Of a DNA stretch of 64,000 nucleotides, positions 1-10,700 are shown piece after piece. Position 1 is the stretch's first letter. The number at the start of each line of letters is the position of its first letter. The DNA is from an uncultured Acidobacteriota bacterium (lineage in GTDB: Bacteria; Acidobacteriota; Terriglobia; UBA7540), in assembly GCA_963804995.1 (NCBI GenBank), contig CAWDSK010000002.1, positions 608,001 to 672,000 of the forward strand, in the 5' to 3' direction. The translations under genes and the position numbers were made by a program. The notes under the pieces are model-generated. The model did no database searches. It had not been told where the DNA came from and was given only the letters and a program-made list of their open reading frames with translations.

Positions 1-153
1 CTGGCCCGGTCCCGTCCCCGGCGCGCTGCTCGGCTTCCTGTGGATCTTGGCATGAGCCAGACTCCAAGGGGCGAGCGCCAACCCGATCAGGCAAACCCCC
101 ACTGCGACGGCAAACACCTTAAACTGGCCAAAAGTCGAAGCACGCTTAACCAT
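1..153 (-). CDS. N-terminus of an exported protein (partial, runs off window edge)
   Basis: Manual translation MVKRASTFGQFKVFAVAVGVCLIGLALAPWSLAHAKIHRKPSSAPGTGPGQ; AGGGGAG SD-like motif upstream; signal-peptide-like N-terminus. Confidence 0.6.
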   Translation of the reverse strand, partial: MVKRASTFGQFKVFAVAVGVCLIGLALAPWSLAHAKIHRKPSSAPGTGPGQ

Positions 154-445
154 CTGAGCTCCCCTTGAATCCTGCGACCGGCCATCGCCCATGTGGAAAC
201 CCTCTCCATCCATTGTTGGGTTCCGGGCCCTCTGATTCATCCACTCTTCCTCGGGATAAGGTGTCATTTCCGCCAGACACACCCGGCTAGTCGCCAGATG
301 AATGAAAAAGAGCACGGAATAAGTAACCCAGCCTTTGACCGAAAGGACTGCCACCTCCCAGTCCCCGCGGAATCATGGAATAGCGATTGTAGGTTCTATG
401 GGAGTTTTGGAGAAGGCACGGGAGAAATATTGATGACCGACGTTG

Positions 446-532
446 TGGTGCCGAAGAGAGGACTCGAACCTCCACTCCCTGACGGGAACTACACCCTGAA
501 TGTAGCGCGTCTGCCAATTCCGCCACTTCGGC
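446..532 (-). tRNA. tRNA-Leu (anticodon CAG), CCA encoded
   Basis: GCCGAAGTGGCGGAATTGGCAGACGCG...CTACA-TTCAGGG-TGTAG...GGTTCGAGTCC...TTCGGCACCA; long variable arm, 87 nt. Confidence 0.97.
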
Positions 533-669
533 ACGTGCGATTTCAGTCTACAGCAACCGGCCGGAGGCTTACAGAGTTCAGGGGCACGCCAGCCGCGACT
601 TTTCATCTTGCCATTCGCACCCCCGCCTGTCAAGGACGGGCAGAAACAGGTGCTCTCCTAATTTCAAAC

Positions 670-813
670 GTAGCGCCGGCTTCCAGCCGGCATTGAGCCC
701 CGATGAATCGGGGCGCTACGTTCAAATTAGTCGGTCACCCAAAAACAGAGGCGGCGGCTTTCATCCCGAACTGATCAGGACGCCGGCATATGGCGAGGTA
801 AACTCGCCGCTAC
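670..813. repeat. Cluster of GTAG-type REP-like palindromes
   Basis: GTAGCGCCGGC-TTCCA-GCCGGC...GGGCGCTAC, then AGAGGCGGC...TGGCGAGGTAAACTCGCCGCTAC shared with copies at 6612, 13380 and 29667. Confidence 0.85.
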
Positions 814-907
814 GTCATCCCGCGATTTCTTCCCTGGGAACTGAGTTCTGAGACGGCCTCCCTCGGAGAAGGCTAGGAATTCAAATCCCCGTGGTGAGGA
901 GACCGGC

Positions 908-1930
908 TTACGCGACCGCCACGGGCAAACCCGTCTGCGCGGATTGTTCCGCCGCGGCCAGCACCCGGGCTGCGGCGAGGCCGTCCTCTCCGGTTACCAT
1001 AGGAGCCTGGTCGTTCACGACGCAATCCACAAAATGCTGGATGGCTGCCACTGCGAATCCCACCGGTTTGCCATAAAGGTCCGCCGCCGCGGAAACGTCA
1101 GGGAACTCCACGCCCTTGTCGCTGTAAACCTCGGCCATGCGGTGATGGCTGGCGTTGACGTATGCCGTCCCCTTGCTGCACACGATTTCACTTTGAAAAT
1201 CGAAAACGCTGGGGCCGTGCTCATCAAGTATCCAGCAATTTTCCACCACCGCCGTCGCGCCCGTGGAGAGTTCCAGGATGGACTGGTAAAAGTCCGGCGT
1301 GTCGACCCCCATACCCTTCAGCACTACCGACCGGCTCACCGAATAGACGCGGTTGATGGTGGCCCCCGAAAGGAAGCGGATGAGGTCAACCACATGACAC
1401 CCCAGGAAGTGCAGGGGTGACGACTTGGCGGCCCAGCTCAACATTTGCGTGGGAACAAACCGCGTGTCGTTCAGCCGGATGTTCATCATCATCAGGGAGC
1501 CGAGTTGCCCCGCCGCAAGCGCCCGGCGGAGATTGACGAACGGCAGGCTCCAACGGTTGTGAAAATCCACCATCAGCTTGACGCCCTGCTGCTTCTGGGC
1601 CGCCAGGATTTCTTCGCACTCCCCGACCGTGGTGGCGAGCGGCTTTTCCACCAGGACGTGCTTCCCGGCCCGAATGGCCGCGAGCGCAATCTCTCCGTGG
1701 GCAAAATCCGGCGTGGCAATGCCCACCGCCTGAATATCCGGGTGGGCAATGAGCGCGCGCCAGTCCGCTAAGTGGTTACTGATTCCAAATTCCCCAGCGA
1801 GCGCCGCCGCCCGGCCCGCGTCCTGGTCACAGACCGCCACTAAACGCGCCGCCGTCGAAGCCGTGTAGGCGCGAGCATGAATGCGCCCCCAGTTGCCACA
1901 ACCGATCAAACCAAAACCAACCTTGCTCAT
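908..1930 (-). CDS. Gfo/Idh/MocA family NAD(P)-dependent oxidoreductase
   Basis: GLIGCGNWG Rossmann motif, GKHVLVEKP motif; start set at MSKVG after GGAGGAG SD. Confidence 0.92.
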   Translation of the reverse strand: MSKVGFGLIGCGNWGRIHARAYTASTAARLVAVCDQDAGRAAALAGEFGISNHLADWRALIAHPDIQAVGIATPDFAHGEIALAAIRAGKHVLVEKPLATTVGECEEILAAQKQQGVKLMVDFHNRWSLPFVNLRRALAAGQLGSLMMMNIRLNDTRFVPTQMLSWAAKSSPLHFLGCHVVDLIRFLSGATINRVYSVSRSVVLKGMGVDTPDFYQSILELSTGATAVVENCWILDEHGPSVFDFQSEIVCSKGTAYVNASHHRMAEVYSDKGVEFPDVSAAADLYGKPVGFAVAAIQHFVDCVVNDQAPMVTGEDGLAAARVLAAAEQSAQTGLPVAVA

Positions 1931-1959
1931 AAGTGCTCCTCCCCTGGAATCCAAAGTGA

Positions 1960-4017
1960 CTATTTTATGAATTCGTCGAAGTAAATCTTTTCCAGTTCCT
2001 CCTTATAGGCTGGGGCGCTGCCGAAGATGGCATAGCGATACTCAAAGGGCGCACCGAGCGGCACGACCTCATCCATCCAATCCGTGGGGTCAACCCACAT
2101 GAGCGGCCGGCTTCCCAGTGCCTTGATCAAATCCTCAGTATCCCAATGCAGCACAAAGCCCGGAATCACGGCACTGAATAGATCAGTGTCCATGGGCCTT
2201 TCGAGAGCGGCCCGCAAGCTGTGCGGGGTTCGGTCCAGCCAGATCTTGCTGATGCGGTTATCCACCGCAGCCGCCAGAAGAAGCCAGAAGCCCTTTACGC
2301 CCTTGGCCGCGGCGCGAATCGATGCGGGGTTGACATCACTCCGCGCCACAAGGACATCCACTCCGCGCAGAATGTCGTGGGCGCGCATGGCGGCCAGGCT
2401 GCGCCCGATCTGGTCAGCCCGCCAATTGGTGTACCAATTCCCAATGTACACGCGGTTGGCATCAAACTCTCGCGGTGAGTCGCGGGGCGCCAGTTCCAGC
2501 ACGACCCTTCCTTCCTTCGCGAGCTTTTGTGCGAGCAACGAGGTTGAGTCATCCGCCACCAGAAGGACCGCCGGCTTCTTCCCGGGTGAATGGGGAATGT
2601 ACAACGTTCCGCCAATTTCGACCCCCGGCTCGCTTTCGAACTGGATGCGCTGGCGATGGCCCTCCGGCGCCTCCGCGTCGTCCAACACTTTCACTTCCGG
2701 AGCGGGACCTTCCGTGGGGATTTCCAGTCTCCGCAGCTCCGCCAACATTTCGGGCACGGTTCCGGGCCGCCTCCGGGCATGATAATCGTCCAAGATCAGT
2801 TGATACACCTTGCGGCTGCCCGGCAGGTCTTCCACACGGCCCGTGCGCGTCACTCGCAGATCAAAGTTGGTGTAAACATGAATCGGTTGCTCATGGAAAT
2901 CGCCCTGGCCGTTTTTCAGCCAGCGGATCATCCACTTGTAGACGGCTTCCCGGTTTTCCAATGGAGTCCCATGCGGGCCGTGGCCCACGAAAAGGTCTAC
3001 CTTATCCTCAGCGCCGTAGAGCGCGAACCAACGCCGGGCCTCGTCGAACACCAGCTTTGCCCCCGCCGCCGGGAAATAATCACCATCGGTCTCCATGATG
3101 AGCCAGGGTGTGGGGGCGGACATCTCCATGAAATCGGCGGTGTCCAGACCACTCGCTATCGATTGCGGGAAACTCATTTCCGCGTCAGGGCCGCCATGCA
3201 CCACATACAGCAATCGGTAGGAACTGGGAAAGCAGGCGGGAATAGCCGCTTTGATTCGCGGGTCCATGCCCCCGATAAACGTCGTCAAAGCACCGCCACC
3301 TGAGCAGCCCATCGCCCCAATACGCGTGGGATCAACGTCCGCCCGAGTGTCCAGGTAGTCGAGCGCCCGCATCGCGTCCCAAATGAAGTATCGAGCCAAA
3401 GCCTCACCAACCAGAATGCTCTGGGCGCCCGTGTGGGAGTGCTCATTCACGGACCAGCCCGCCGCCGGCCGGCTGGTGAGCCGGTCATACGTCTGCTCCC
3501 GCTCCCCTTGACCAATGGGATCGAAGGCCAGCGCGACGAATCCTTTCAAAGCCAGGTTGGCGGCAATTTTCTCTTCCGCAGGCTTGCCCTCCTGCACGTG
3601 GCCCGCCTGCAAAAGCACCGCGGGATATCGGCCCGGCTGGTTCGGGCGGTAAAGATTGGCGGTGACGTAGAAGTGCGGCAGGCTTTCAAAAATTATCTTC
3701 TCGATGACGTAGCTATCCGCCTGGATTTGACCGGTGACCTTGGCGTTCAACGGACCTTTGTAGGTTGGCAATCCGCCCAGAAGCTGGAGGAGTTTCTCGC
3801 GAACCTCTTTCTTGCGGCGCTCCGCGTCGGCCACAGTTTTGATTGCCGCAATCTTGTCCTCCCTCTCCTGAAGTTGCCGCTGCGCGGTCTGGTCCATCCA
3901 CTGCAGAAGGGAATCTTGAGTGCGCTGTTGGGCGGCAAGCCAGGAAGGCATGAGAAGCGTGGCGCCTAGCAGGACAAGCAGGAGCGTTCTAGCTTTCAGT
4001 TTCATGGTATTACCCAT
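1960..4017 (-). CDS. Secreted alpha/beta hydrolase, acetylxylan-esterase-like, two-domain
   Basis: Signal peptide; GCSGGG nucleophile elbow, DPIGQGER and WDAMRALDYL motifs; degenerate second hydrolase domain. Confidence 0.8.
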   Translation of the reverse strand: MGNTMKLKARTLLLVLLGATLLMPSWLAAQQRTQDSLLQWMDQTAQRQLQEREDKIAAIKTVADAERRKKEVREKLLQLLGGLPTYKGPLNAKVTGQIQADSYVIEKIIFESLPHFYVTANLYRPNQPGRYPAVLLQAGHVQEGKPAEEKIAANLALKGFVALAFDPIGQGEREQTYDRLTSRPAAGWSVNEHSHTGAQSILVGEALARYFIWDAMRALDYLDTRADVDPTRIGAMGCSGGGALTTFIGGMDPRIKAAIPACFPSSYRLLYVVHGGPDAEMSFPQSIASGLDTADFMEMSAPTPWLIMETDGDYFPAAGAKLVFDEARRWFALYGAEDKVDLFVGHGPHGTPLENREAVYKWMIRWLKNGQGDFHEQPIHVYTNFDLRVTRTGRVEDLPGSRKVYQLILDDYHARRRPGTVPEMLAELRRLEIPTEGPAPEVKVLDDAEAPEGHRQRIQFESEPGVEIGGTLYIPHSPGKKPAVLLVADDSTSLLAQKLAKEGRVVLELAPRDSPREFDANRVYIGNWYTNWRADQIGRSLAAMRAHDILRGVDVLVARSDVNPASIRAAAKGVKGFWLLLAAAVDNRISKIWLDRTPHSLRAALERPMDTDLFSAVIPGFVLHWDTEDLIKALGSRPLMWVDPTDWMDEVVPLGAPFEYRYAIFGSAPAYKEELEKIYFDEFIK

Positions 4018-4400
4018 CGCAGGGAGCTTCGATTTTCTGAAAACCTCGTCCCACCAACGCGTGGGGAAGTGGGACCTGGAGCGCTATGCCCCGCGGAAGC
4101 GCAACAAGTGGGACACGCAGCGGCATTTTGGCCGTCACCTTCTCAGGGTCTTGGCGGAGGCTCATTTCCGACCTTTCGGCCGGCACGACTATACACCTTC
4201 TTGTGCTTACCTGAACTAGGTGCGTGCAGTTTTTCACGCAGGGAAGGTTTCCGTAGCCCTGGCCGGCTCGGCTGGAAATTGCGAAGATTTGGAGTGGCCA
4301 TGCGTCGAATGGCAGAAAGGATTTCGATGCAGACTTTGCACGCGCCCCTTTTCGATCCAGGGCGCAACACTTGGAAAGTGGATTGAAGTTCTCGAACCTC

Positions 4401-4982
4401 TCAGGAATCTTCTGACCCCGCTTGCCATTTTTCGAAGGCGGTTTGCATTTCAGGTTCGGGATCGATGCCGAGCGCGTCAGCGATGCGATTGATGTAATTG
4501 AAATAGGCGATGACTTCAACCGCGTCGAGGATATCGCGGTCGCTCAAACCGTGGAGGCGCAGGGTCTCGAGATGACGATCGGTGAGAGCCGCGGGAGCGC
4601 GCGTCGCCATCTCCGCAAATTTGCACAGAGCCTTCTGGCGTGGCGTAAGCTGGGCGCGACGATAGTCGTGCTTGACGTGCTCCGCCAGAACCTGGTCATT
4701 CGATTCGGCACGGAGATCCTCTCCGTGGGCTTCGATTCAATAGAAGCAGTGATTGGCCCAGGAAACCACGGTGCCCAGCATTTCGCGTTCGGTGCGCGAG
4801 AGGCCCGAAGGCGCAAGCATGGTGGCGCGATACATTTGCATAGACGCCCGCAACACGCCCGGATTCAGACTCTGCACCTTGAGGATGTTGAAGACCTTGC
4901 CGGCCCGCTTGAGGGCGGCGTCATATTCCTGCTTCAACTCGCCGGTGGCATCTGCGGGTTCGACCACTTTGATCCAAGGCAT
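4401..4982 (-). CDS. AhpD-like / peroxidase-related (CMD family) selenoprotein, CxxU motif, 193 aa
   Basis: ORF 4737-4982 ends ...NHCFY at TGA (4737-4739); the same frame continues IEAHGEDLRAES... into ORF 4401-4610 (AYFNYINRIADALG); TGA sits at the second Cys of the family CxxC; hairpin follows. Confidence 0.88.
4709..4727 (-). promoter_or_regulatory. Bacterial SECIS-like hairpin
   Basis: CACGGAG-AGGAU-CUCCGUG perfect stem starting 10 nt after the UGA. Confidence 0.75.
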
Positions 4983-5014
4983 AGCGTTATCGCCTCAACA
5001 TGGTCTTGACCGTT

Positions 5015-5101
5015 GTAGCGCCGCCCTTTAGGGCGGCACATGTAGAAACTCCAGGCGCCGCCCTTTAGGGCGGCAAGTACCGGGCTAAAGCCCGGCGTTA
5101 C
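5015..5101. repeat. GTAG REP-like cluster
   Basis: Two copies of GCCGCCC-TTTA-GGGCGGC plus CCGGGCT-AA-AGCCCGG. Confidence 0.8.
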
Positions 5102-5115
5102 CACTGTTGCTGCAC

Positions 5116-6507
5116 TCACGACTCAGTGAAATCAATCACGACCGGCTTCTCGCGGAACCAGTTCGTCTTAAAGCCCAGGTAGATGAGTCCGATTGTGAAC
5201 CAGACTCCGCCCACGATTTTTGCCACGATATTCAGGTTGAGCCAGATCCAGCCGCAAAACACAAAGCCGAAGAGCGGAAGAATGATATCTCCGAGGGGGC
5301 TGATTTTGCGGCCGGTGGCGCGCTTGACGCCGAACTGCCAGAAGGTGGCAAAATTAACTCCCATGAAGGCGATGAAAGCGCCGAAGTTCAGTAACTCCGC
5401 GGCGTTCTCATAGCCATGTCCGTTCATGGAAATGCCGATTCCGCCGGCGAGAGCGAGGATGGAAACGATCCAGATATTGTAATTGGGCGTGTTGCGTTTC
5501 GGATGGAGGTGCCCGAAGATTTTCCGGGGCAGAACATTGTCGCGCCCCATGCCGAAAAGCAAGCGCGCGGCCCCCAAGCCTCCGGTAAGCGCGCTGCCTG
5601 TCCCAGCGAGAATCGTCACCGCAGTCATGCTGAGAAACAGCCAGCGCCCCCCGACTCGCATGCAGACATCCATAAACGCGCCGGTAATGTTTTCAAAATG
5701 ATAGCCCGGCCACACCCGTTGCCCCAAGTAGACCTCAACGCTGCTGAAAATACCGGTAAACAAGCAGACCAGAACCGTGGCCAGGAGCACATTCCGCTTG
5801 GGATTCACCACATCCTCGGCCAGGGTCGTGACGCCGTCAAATCCGATGTAGGTGAGCGCGGCCAGCGGCACGGCGGCGCGGATGATCCGGTAGTCAAAGG
5901 TTTGGGGATCGTAAAAGGGCAGCGTGGAAAAAAGGCCATCCCAACCATCCAGGTGGAAAAGGTAGCGGATGGCCAGGAGCACAAATGCCGCGATGACCAC
6001 CGACATGAAGAGAAGAAGCAACTTGTTGGCCAGGGCGCTGGCGCGGATTCCGCGCAAATTCAGTATGGTCACAATCCCTATAAACAGCAGCATCATCGCG
6101 TAGGTTGGAATCCAGTGCACCCAGCCGTGGATGGTTTCCGCCACCCACACGGCGTTGAGCAGGGGTTGCAGCAGATAATCAAGAATCATCGCCCACCCGA
6201 CCAGGAATCCCAGGTGGAGATTGATGCCGCGACCCACATAGGTGTATGCCGATCCGGCCGAGGGATACAGAGCCGCCATGCGCCCGTAACTGAACGCGGT
6301 GATCATCATGGCGAACATCGCAATCAGGATGGTGTCTACAATGTAGCCGTGGGATTTTTCCTGGACAACGCCGAAGAGCGGAACGGGCGCGATCGGCTGG
6401 ATCAGGATGATGCCGTAGAAAATCAGATCCCACAGAGTCAGTACGCGGCGCAAGCGCGGCGCTGCCGCCGATCCATTCGCCTGCCCGGAAGGTTTTGCGT
6501 CGCCCAT
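5116..6507 (-). CDS. APC family amino acid/polyamine permease (PuuP-like)
   Basis: About 12 TM segments; PSAGSAYTY and YIGFDGVTTLAED motifs. Confidence 0.9.
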   Translation of the reverse strand: MGDAKPSGQANGSAAAPRLRRVLTLWDLIFYGIILIQPIAPVPLFGVVQEKSHGYIVDTILIAMFAMMITAFSYGRMAALYPSAGSAYTYVGRGINLHLGFLVGWAMILDYLLQPLLNAVWVAETIHGWVHWIPTYAMMLLFIGIVTILNLRGIRASALANKLLLLFMSVVIAAFVLLAIRYLFHLDGWDGLFSTLPFYDPQTFDYRIIRAAVPLAALTYIGFDGVTTLAEDVVNPKRNVLLATVLVCLFTGIFSSVEVYLGQRVWPGYHFENITGAFMDVCMRVGGRWLFLSMTAVTILAGTGSALTGGLGAARLLFGMGRDNVLPRKIFGHLHPKRNTPNYNIWIVSILALAGGIGISMNGHGYENAAELLNFGAFIAFMGVNFATFWQFGVKRATGRKISPLGDIILPLFGFVFCGWIWLNLNIVAKIVGGVWFTIGLIYLGFKTNWFREKPVVIDFTES

Positions 6508-6611
6508 AATGATAGTTGTCCTCTCGTTCGCCCCGAGCCAGCCGGAAGCTTCTCTGAAAAGCCAGCCAGTATCTCACGAGTGGGTTGGATGGTAAACGCG
6601 AATCTCCGTTC

Positions 6612-6721
6612 GGTAACGGTTCAGTTTGATGTAGAGGCGGCGGCATTCATCCCGATCTTATCGGGACGCCGCCATATGGCGAGGTGAACTCGCCGCTACA
6701 AGATCAAACTGAACCACTACC
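6612..6721. repeat. MITE-like unit: TIR-flanked REP doublet
   Basis: Ends GGTAACGGTTCAGTTTGA / TCAAACTGAACCACTACC enclose GTAGAGGCGGC...CGCCGCTAC. Confidence 0.8.
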
Positions 6722-7529
6722 CTCCGTTCGGGAGTAGATCCATTCGGGAAACCAGAGCCGTGGGAGGATGGTTTCGGAGTGCGCCGTCGCTCGCCCATAG
6801 CTTCGGATTGCCCCTAAGGCAAAGCCCATAAACAAAAGGCGACAAGGCGGAGCAATTTCCCAGAACCCCGTTTGGACTCTCCCGCTGTCCGACCGCTTTC
6901 TCGTCGGCGCGCTTCCGATACAGCACTAACGTTTCGAGAGATGTGAACGGGACGGGCCATTTTTCCGGTTTGGCGACTATACATCCAAGTGACGAGAACG
7001 ATTTTGATTTTTCCCACTGTCATGGCAGAGCGTTTTTCGCTCCCAATCCTGTGAACTACCCACTCGGCAAAGTTTTCGGGCCCACCGGACACAATCGCCG
7101 AAGGTGACTGGATAAACTATATGTACAGTTTGCCAACCACCCAGCCAATTCGTCCACGCGATTGACGTTGCGCCGGCTCCTTACCTCTATGGTCCCGGAA
7201 CATCCCGGCGCGTCCCGCTCTAGTCCTCGGTTACGGCGGCTCGAACCGGGCAAAATGAGTGCCTCGGAGGCAGGATGGCTTCGTTAACAGCGCGGTACCC
7301 ACTCCGAGTAAAATCCCGCATGGTTGATCAGGGAAAAGCCCCATTGCGCACAACTTGGAGGATACATAGGTTCGGAACAAGCTGCTCTCCCTTACAGGGA
7401 CCCGACGGATTGTCTGGTCAGGGAAAGGGAAATGTATAAACCATCAACACAGGGCGCTAATTGTGACCCGGACCGGGCGGCTTTCCGCACAGAGACCGCC
7501 GCTCTCGATGCCCATTGGGGCGTATGCTC

Positions 7530-7546
7530 TTGGCACGTCGTGTGCA
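7530..7546 (+). promoter_or_regulatory. Putative sigma-54 (-24/-12) promoter
   Basis: TTGGCACGtcgtgTGCA with exact GG-N10-GC spacing, one mismatch to TGGCACGNNNNTTGC. Confidence 0.6.
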
Positions 7547-7782
7547 GTTTCACCATAGCGGTTGCTGAATTATGCAACTCCTCAGAGAGCGTGAGCCTCA
7601 TGTGGGAGTACGTTCATCGCGTTGCAGCCAGACTTGCTGTCCCCTCGACGGAAATCTCACAAAGAAAAACGCGACGTTTAGAAGCTTGCGGAACCTCAGA
7701 GGTGTTACTCCACGAAGCGACGGGAAGAGGGCGGATAAAACCCACCCCGGTGCCTATTCGCGGCCTCACTAAGGAGCGCACC

Positions 7783-10700
7783 ATGCGTTCGCCACGCTTA
7801 GCGTTCATCGCGATTCTTGCTTTCGCATTCATATGCCCCCCATCGTTATGGGCGAAGGAGAAATCCGGATATGGGATTGGCTCCTTTGCGAAGTACGTGC
7901 AGATTGCAGGCGCCACGCGGGTAGGTTCTGATACGTGTGTGCGGTGTCATGACCACGTGGCCAATGATTTCAGGCACGCGTTCCACGCCCAGCAAGGGGT
8001 GGAATGCGAGGACTGCCACGGCCCCGGAAGCCTGCACGTGGACGGCAATGGGGACGTGGCCAAGATCATCGAATTTCGTTCCCGGCCAGTCAAGGATGCC
8101 AATGGCGTTTGCCTAAGCTGCCACATCCAGAATGCGGGGGTCCGACACTGGGTGGCTGGCCCCCACGAGGCGAACAGCGTTCGATGCACGGATTGTCACC
8201 AAGTCCACGCCGCAGCCGCGCCGGGCCCGACGCCGCCCCGAATGAATTTTGACACAGCTTCCCCGGGCCACACCACGTTCGTTGAGAAATTCGTGCCGGA
8301 AAGTGGTGTGATGATGGAACGGCGGTCCGCGATAAACGATGCCTGCCTGAAGTGCCATCAGGCACAACGCGCCCAAATGCAACTTCCTTACCACCACCCG
8401 CTGCGCGAGGGAAAGCTCGACTGCGTAGATTGCCACGACCCGCATGGTGGCCCGGCGGGTAACAACCTGCGGATGGCCAATGCCAATCAACTCTGCCTGA
8501 GCTGCCACGCGCAGTACCGCGGCCCGTTCATGTACCAGCATCCTCCCGTGAATGAGAACTGCATGAATTGCCACACCCCGCACGGCTCGGCCAACACGAA
8601 TCTTCTGACCTTGAGCGAACCGGCGTTGTGTTTGCAGTGCCACATCGGCCACCACGATGGGGCCGGGTTACCCCTGGTGGACCGATGCACAGATTGTCAC
8701 AACACGATCCATGGCTCCGACGTGCCCACCGCCACCGGCGGCAGCAGATTCCTTGACAAAGGCGGAAATGGGGTGCCCAGCCTTCCTCCGCAACCGGCGA
8801 TGGCTCAGGGGTTGAACTCGCAGCGTGTCAGGGCCGCTCTGGCGCCGGTCGCCGCTCACAATCCGATGATGCTTCGAACCCGAATTCCGCAACTTCTGGC
8901 CGCCCCTCCGCCGGCTGGAACCTTCTCGGCAGGGCACCTGTCTCCCGTACCATCTCATTCTCCGGTTATGAACCTGGCGGGGATGGCATTTCCCGGGGCG
9001 CTCGCTGCCTCGCTAGGAACCTTCCCGGGCGGGATGTCGGCGATGATGGGCGGGCTCCCGGATTCCGCCCAGGCTCCCAACAGCTACTGGGGCCTGTATT
9101 TCACTCCCGGTGCTTATCGGTTCAAAAATGTGACGGGATACGGCGGCCGGGTGGGAGAGTACGACAGCCTTCAGTCTTCGGAAGGCGGTGACTTCGAAGG
9201 GGATTACGTTTCCTTGCCTCACCACCTGAGCCTGCTCACGCGCGGCACGGTTCTGACCGGTTCAGATTTTGACTTCAAATCGCGACTGACGATGGGCGAC
9301 AGCCTGGAAGTCGGAGCTGACCTGCGGAGCTTTGTGGAGCAACAGGATGATTATCCGTTCCTCTCCTCGACCATCTCTCCGGACATCACGGTCTCTGACG
9401 GCATCACCCCGGGAACCGTCTTCGGGGTGAAGAGGAGAATGGGCAACGCTTACGCCCGCGTGAAGGTACCGAAGTGGCCTGTGCATTTGTTTGTCAAGGG
9501 AAGCTGGCAGGCCAGGGTCGGCGAATGCCAGCTCAGGTATTTGGATGAGAACATCAATACCTCTTGCGGTATGACCTGCCACTATAATTCGCAGTTTCAG
9601 CGGCTGAACTACACCACGCGCGACCTGGGCGGCGGGGTGGAAGTGAACGCGCACGGGTTGGCCCTGACCTACGAGCATGATTACAGCAGCTTCAATGACC
9701 GGCTGCCGTTCCCGGTTGGCCAGTATGGCCCCATGCTGAACAAGGACGAGCCCGGTCCGGTTTTTGTGCCGGACACCCCCGCCGGCAACTATTATCTCTC
9801 CATCCCCTCTCCCAGCCGCTACTCAGCGGATCTGCTGAGCGTGAACTGGACAGCTTCACCCAAGCTGATTTTCAACGGCCAGGCCACCTACCGCCGCACA
9901 CGCGACATATTCACCAACAACCCTCAGAATGGGTTCGATGCGGATACAACCCTGAGCTGGCACCCCCACGACCGTTTACGCATCACCGGTGATTACCGCC
10001 AGCAGAACCTCGTGAATGGCTTCGTTCCTTACTACGCATTATTCGGCAACATGTCCTACCATCAGTACTGGGCAGGCCTAAAAGGCGATTATGAGTTATG
10101 GGGCCATCTTAACCTGGAGACCGAATATCATCACGCTGGCATCACGCGCTCCAACGCCTTCCTGTGGCCTCAAATCTACTCCTTTGATAACACGGACAAG
10201 CTACCGGTCGTCGCCTCCTCATCCAGCAACAAGACGGGTGTGGCATTGCACTACCACTCGAGTGGCCACTTGAATGGGCGTGCGGGCTACGAATGGACTG
10301 GTACCCACAACCCTGGCTACTTGATCGTTCCCCTGAATAACAACCGAATTTTTGGGGACGTTACCCTCACGCCGGCGCGCTGGCTGGCCTTTACCAACGA
10401 TACCAGCCTCAACGTGCAGAACGGCTTCCAGTTGATTCAACGCCGTGATCGTTTCTATGCCGAGACGGCAAGCGCGACCCTAACCCCCGTGCCCTTTTGG
10501 ACGCTGGCTCTCGGATATTCGTACCAGCAGGACAATCTTGCCACGTACATGGGCTTCCAACACGACACTGTAGCCGGCTATGTTATAGACGAACCCTTCG
10601 TCCCCTTCCGCCAGCTCAGCCAAACCTATTGGGTTCAATCTGGGTACAAATTAAAGGATCGCTTCGGACTGAACCTGTCGCTCGCGCACAGCTCGGCACA

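Noticed and set aside
154..445. Integrative element attached at the tRNA-Leu 3' end
   Set aside because: No integrase or duplicated tRNA 3' end is visible; the window edge prevents assessment.
7324..7782. 153-aa N-terminal extension of the cytochrome ORF given in the ORF track
   Set aside because: A strong SD and a signal peptide begin at 7783; the extension is not protein-like and contains the putative promoter.
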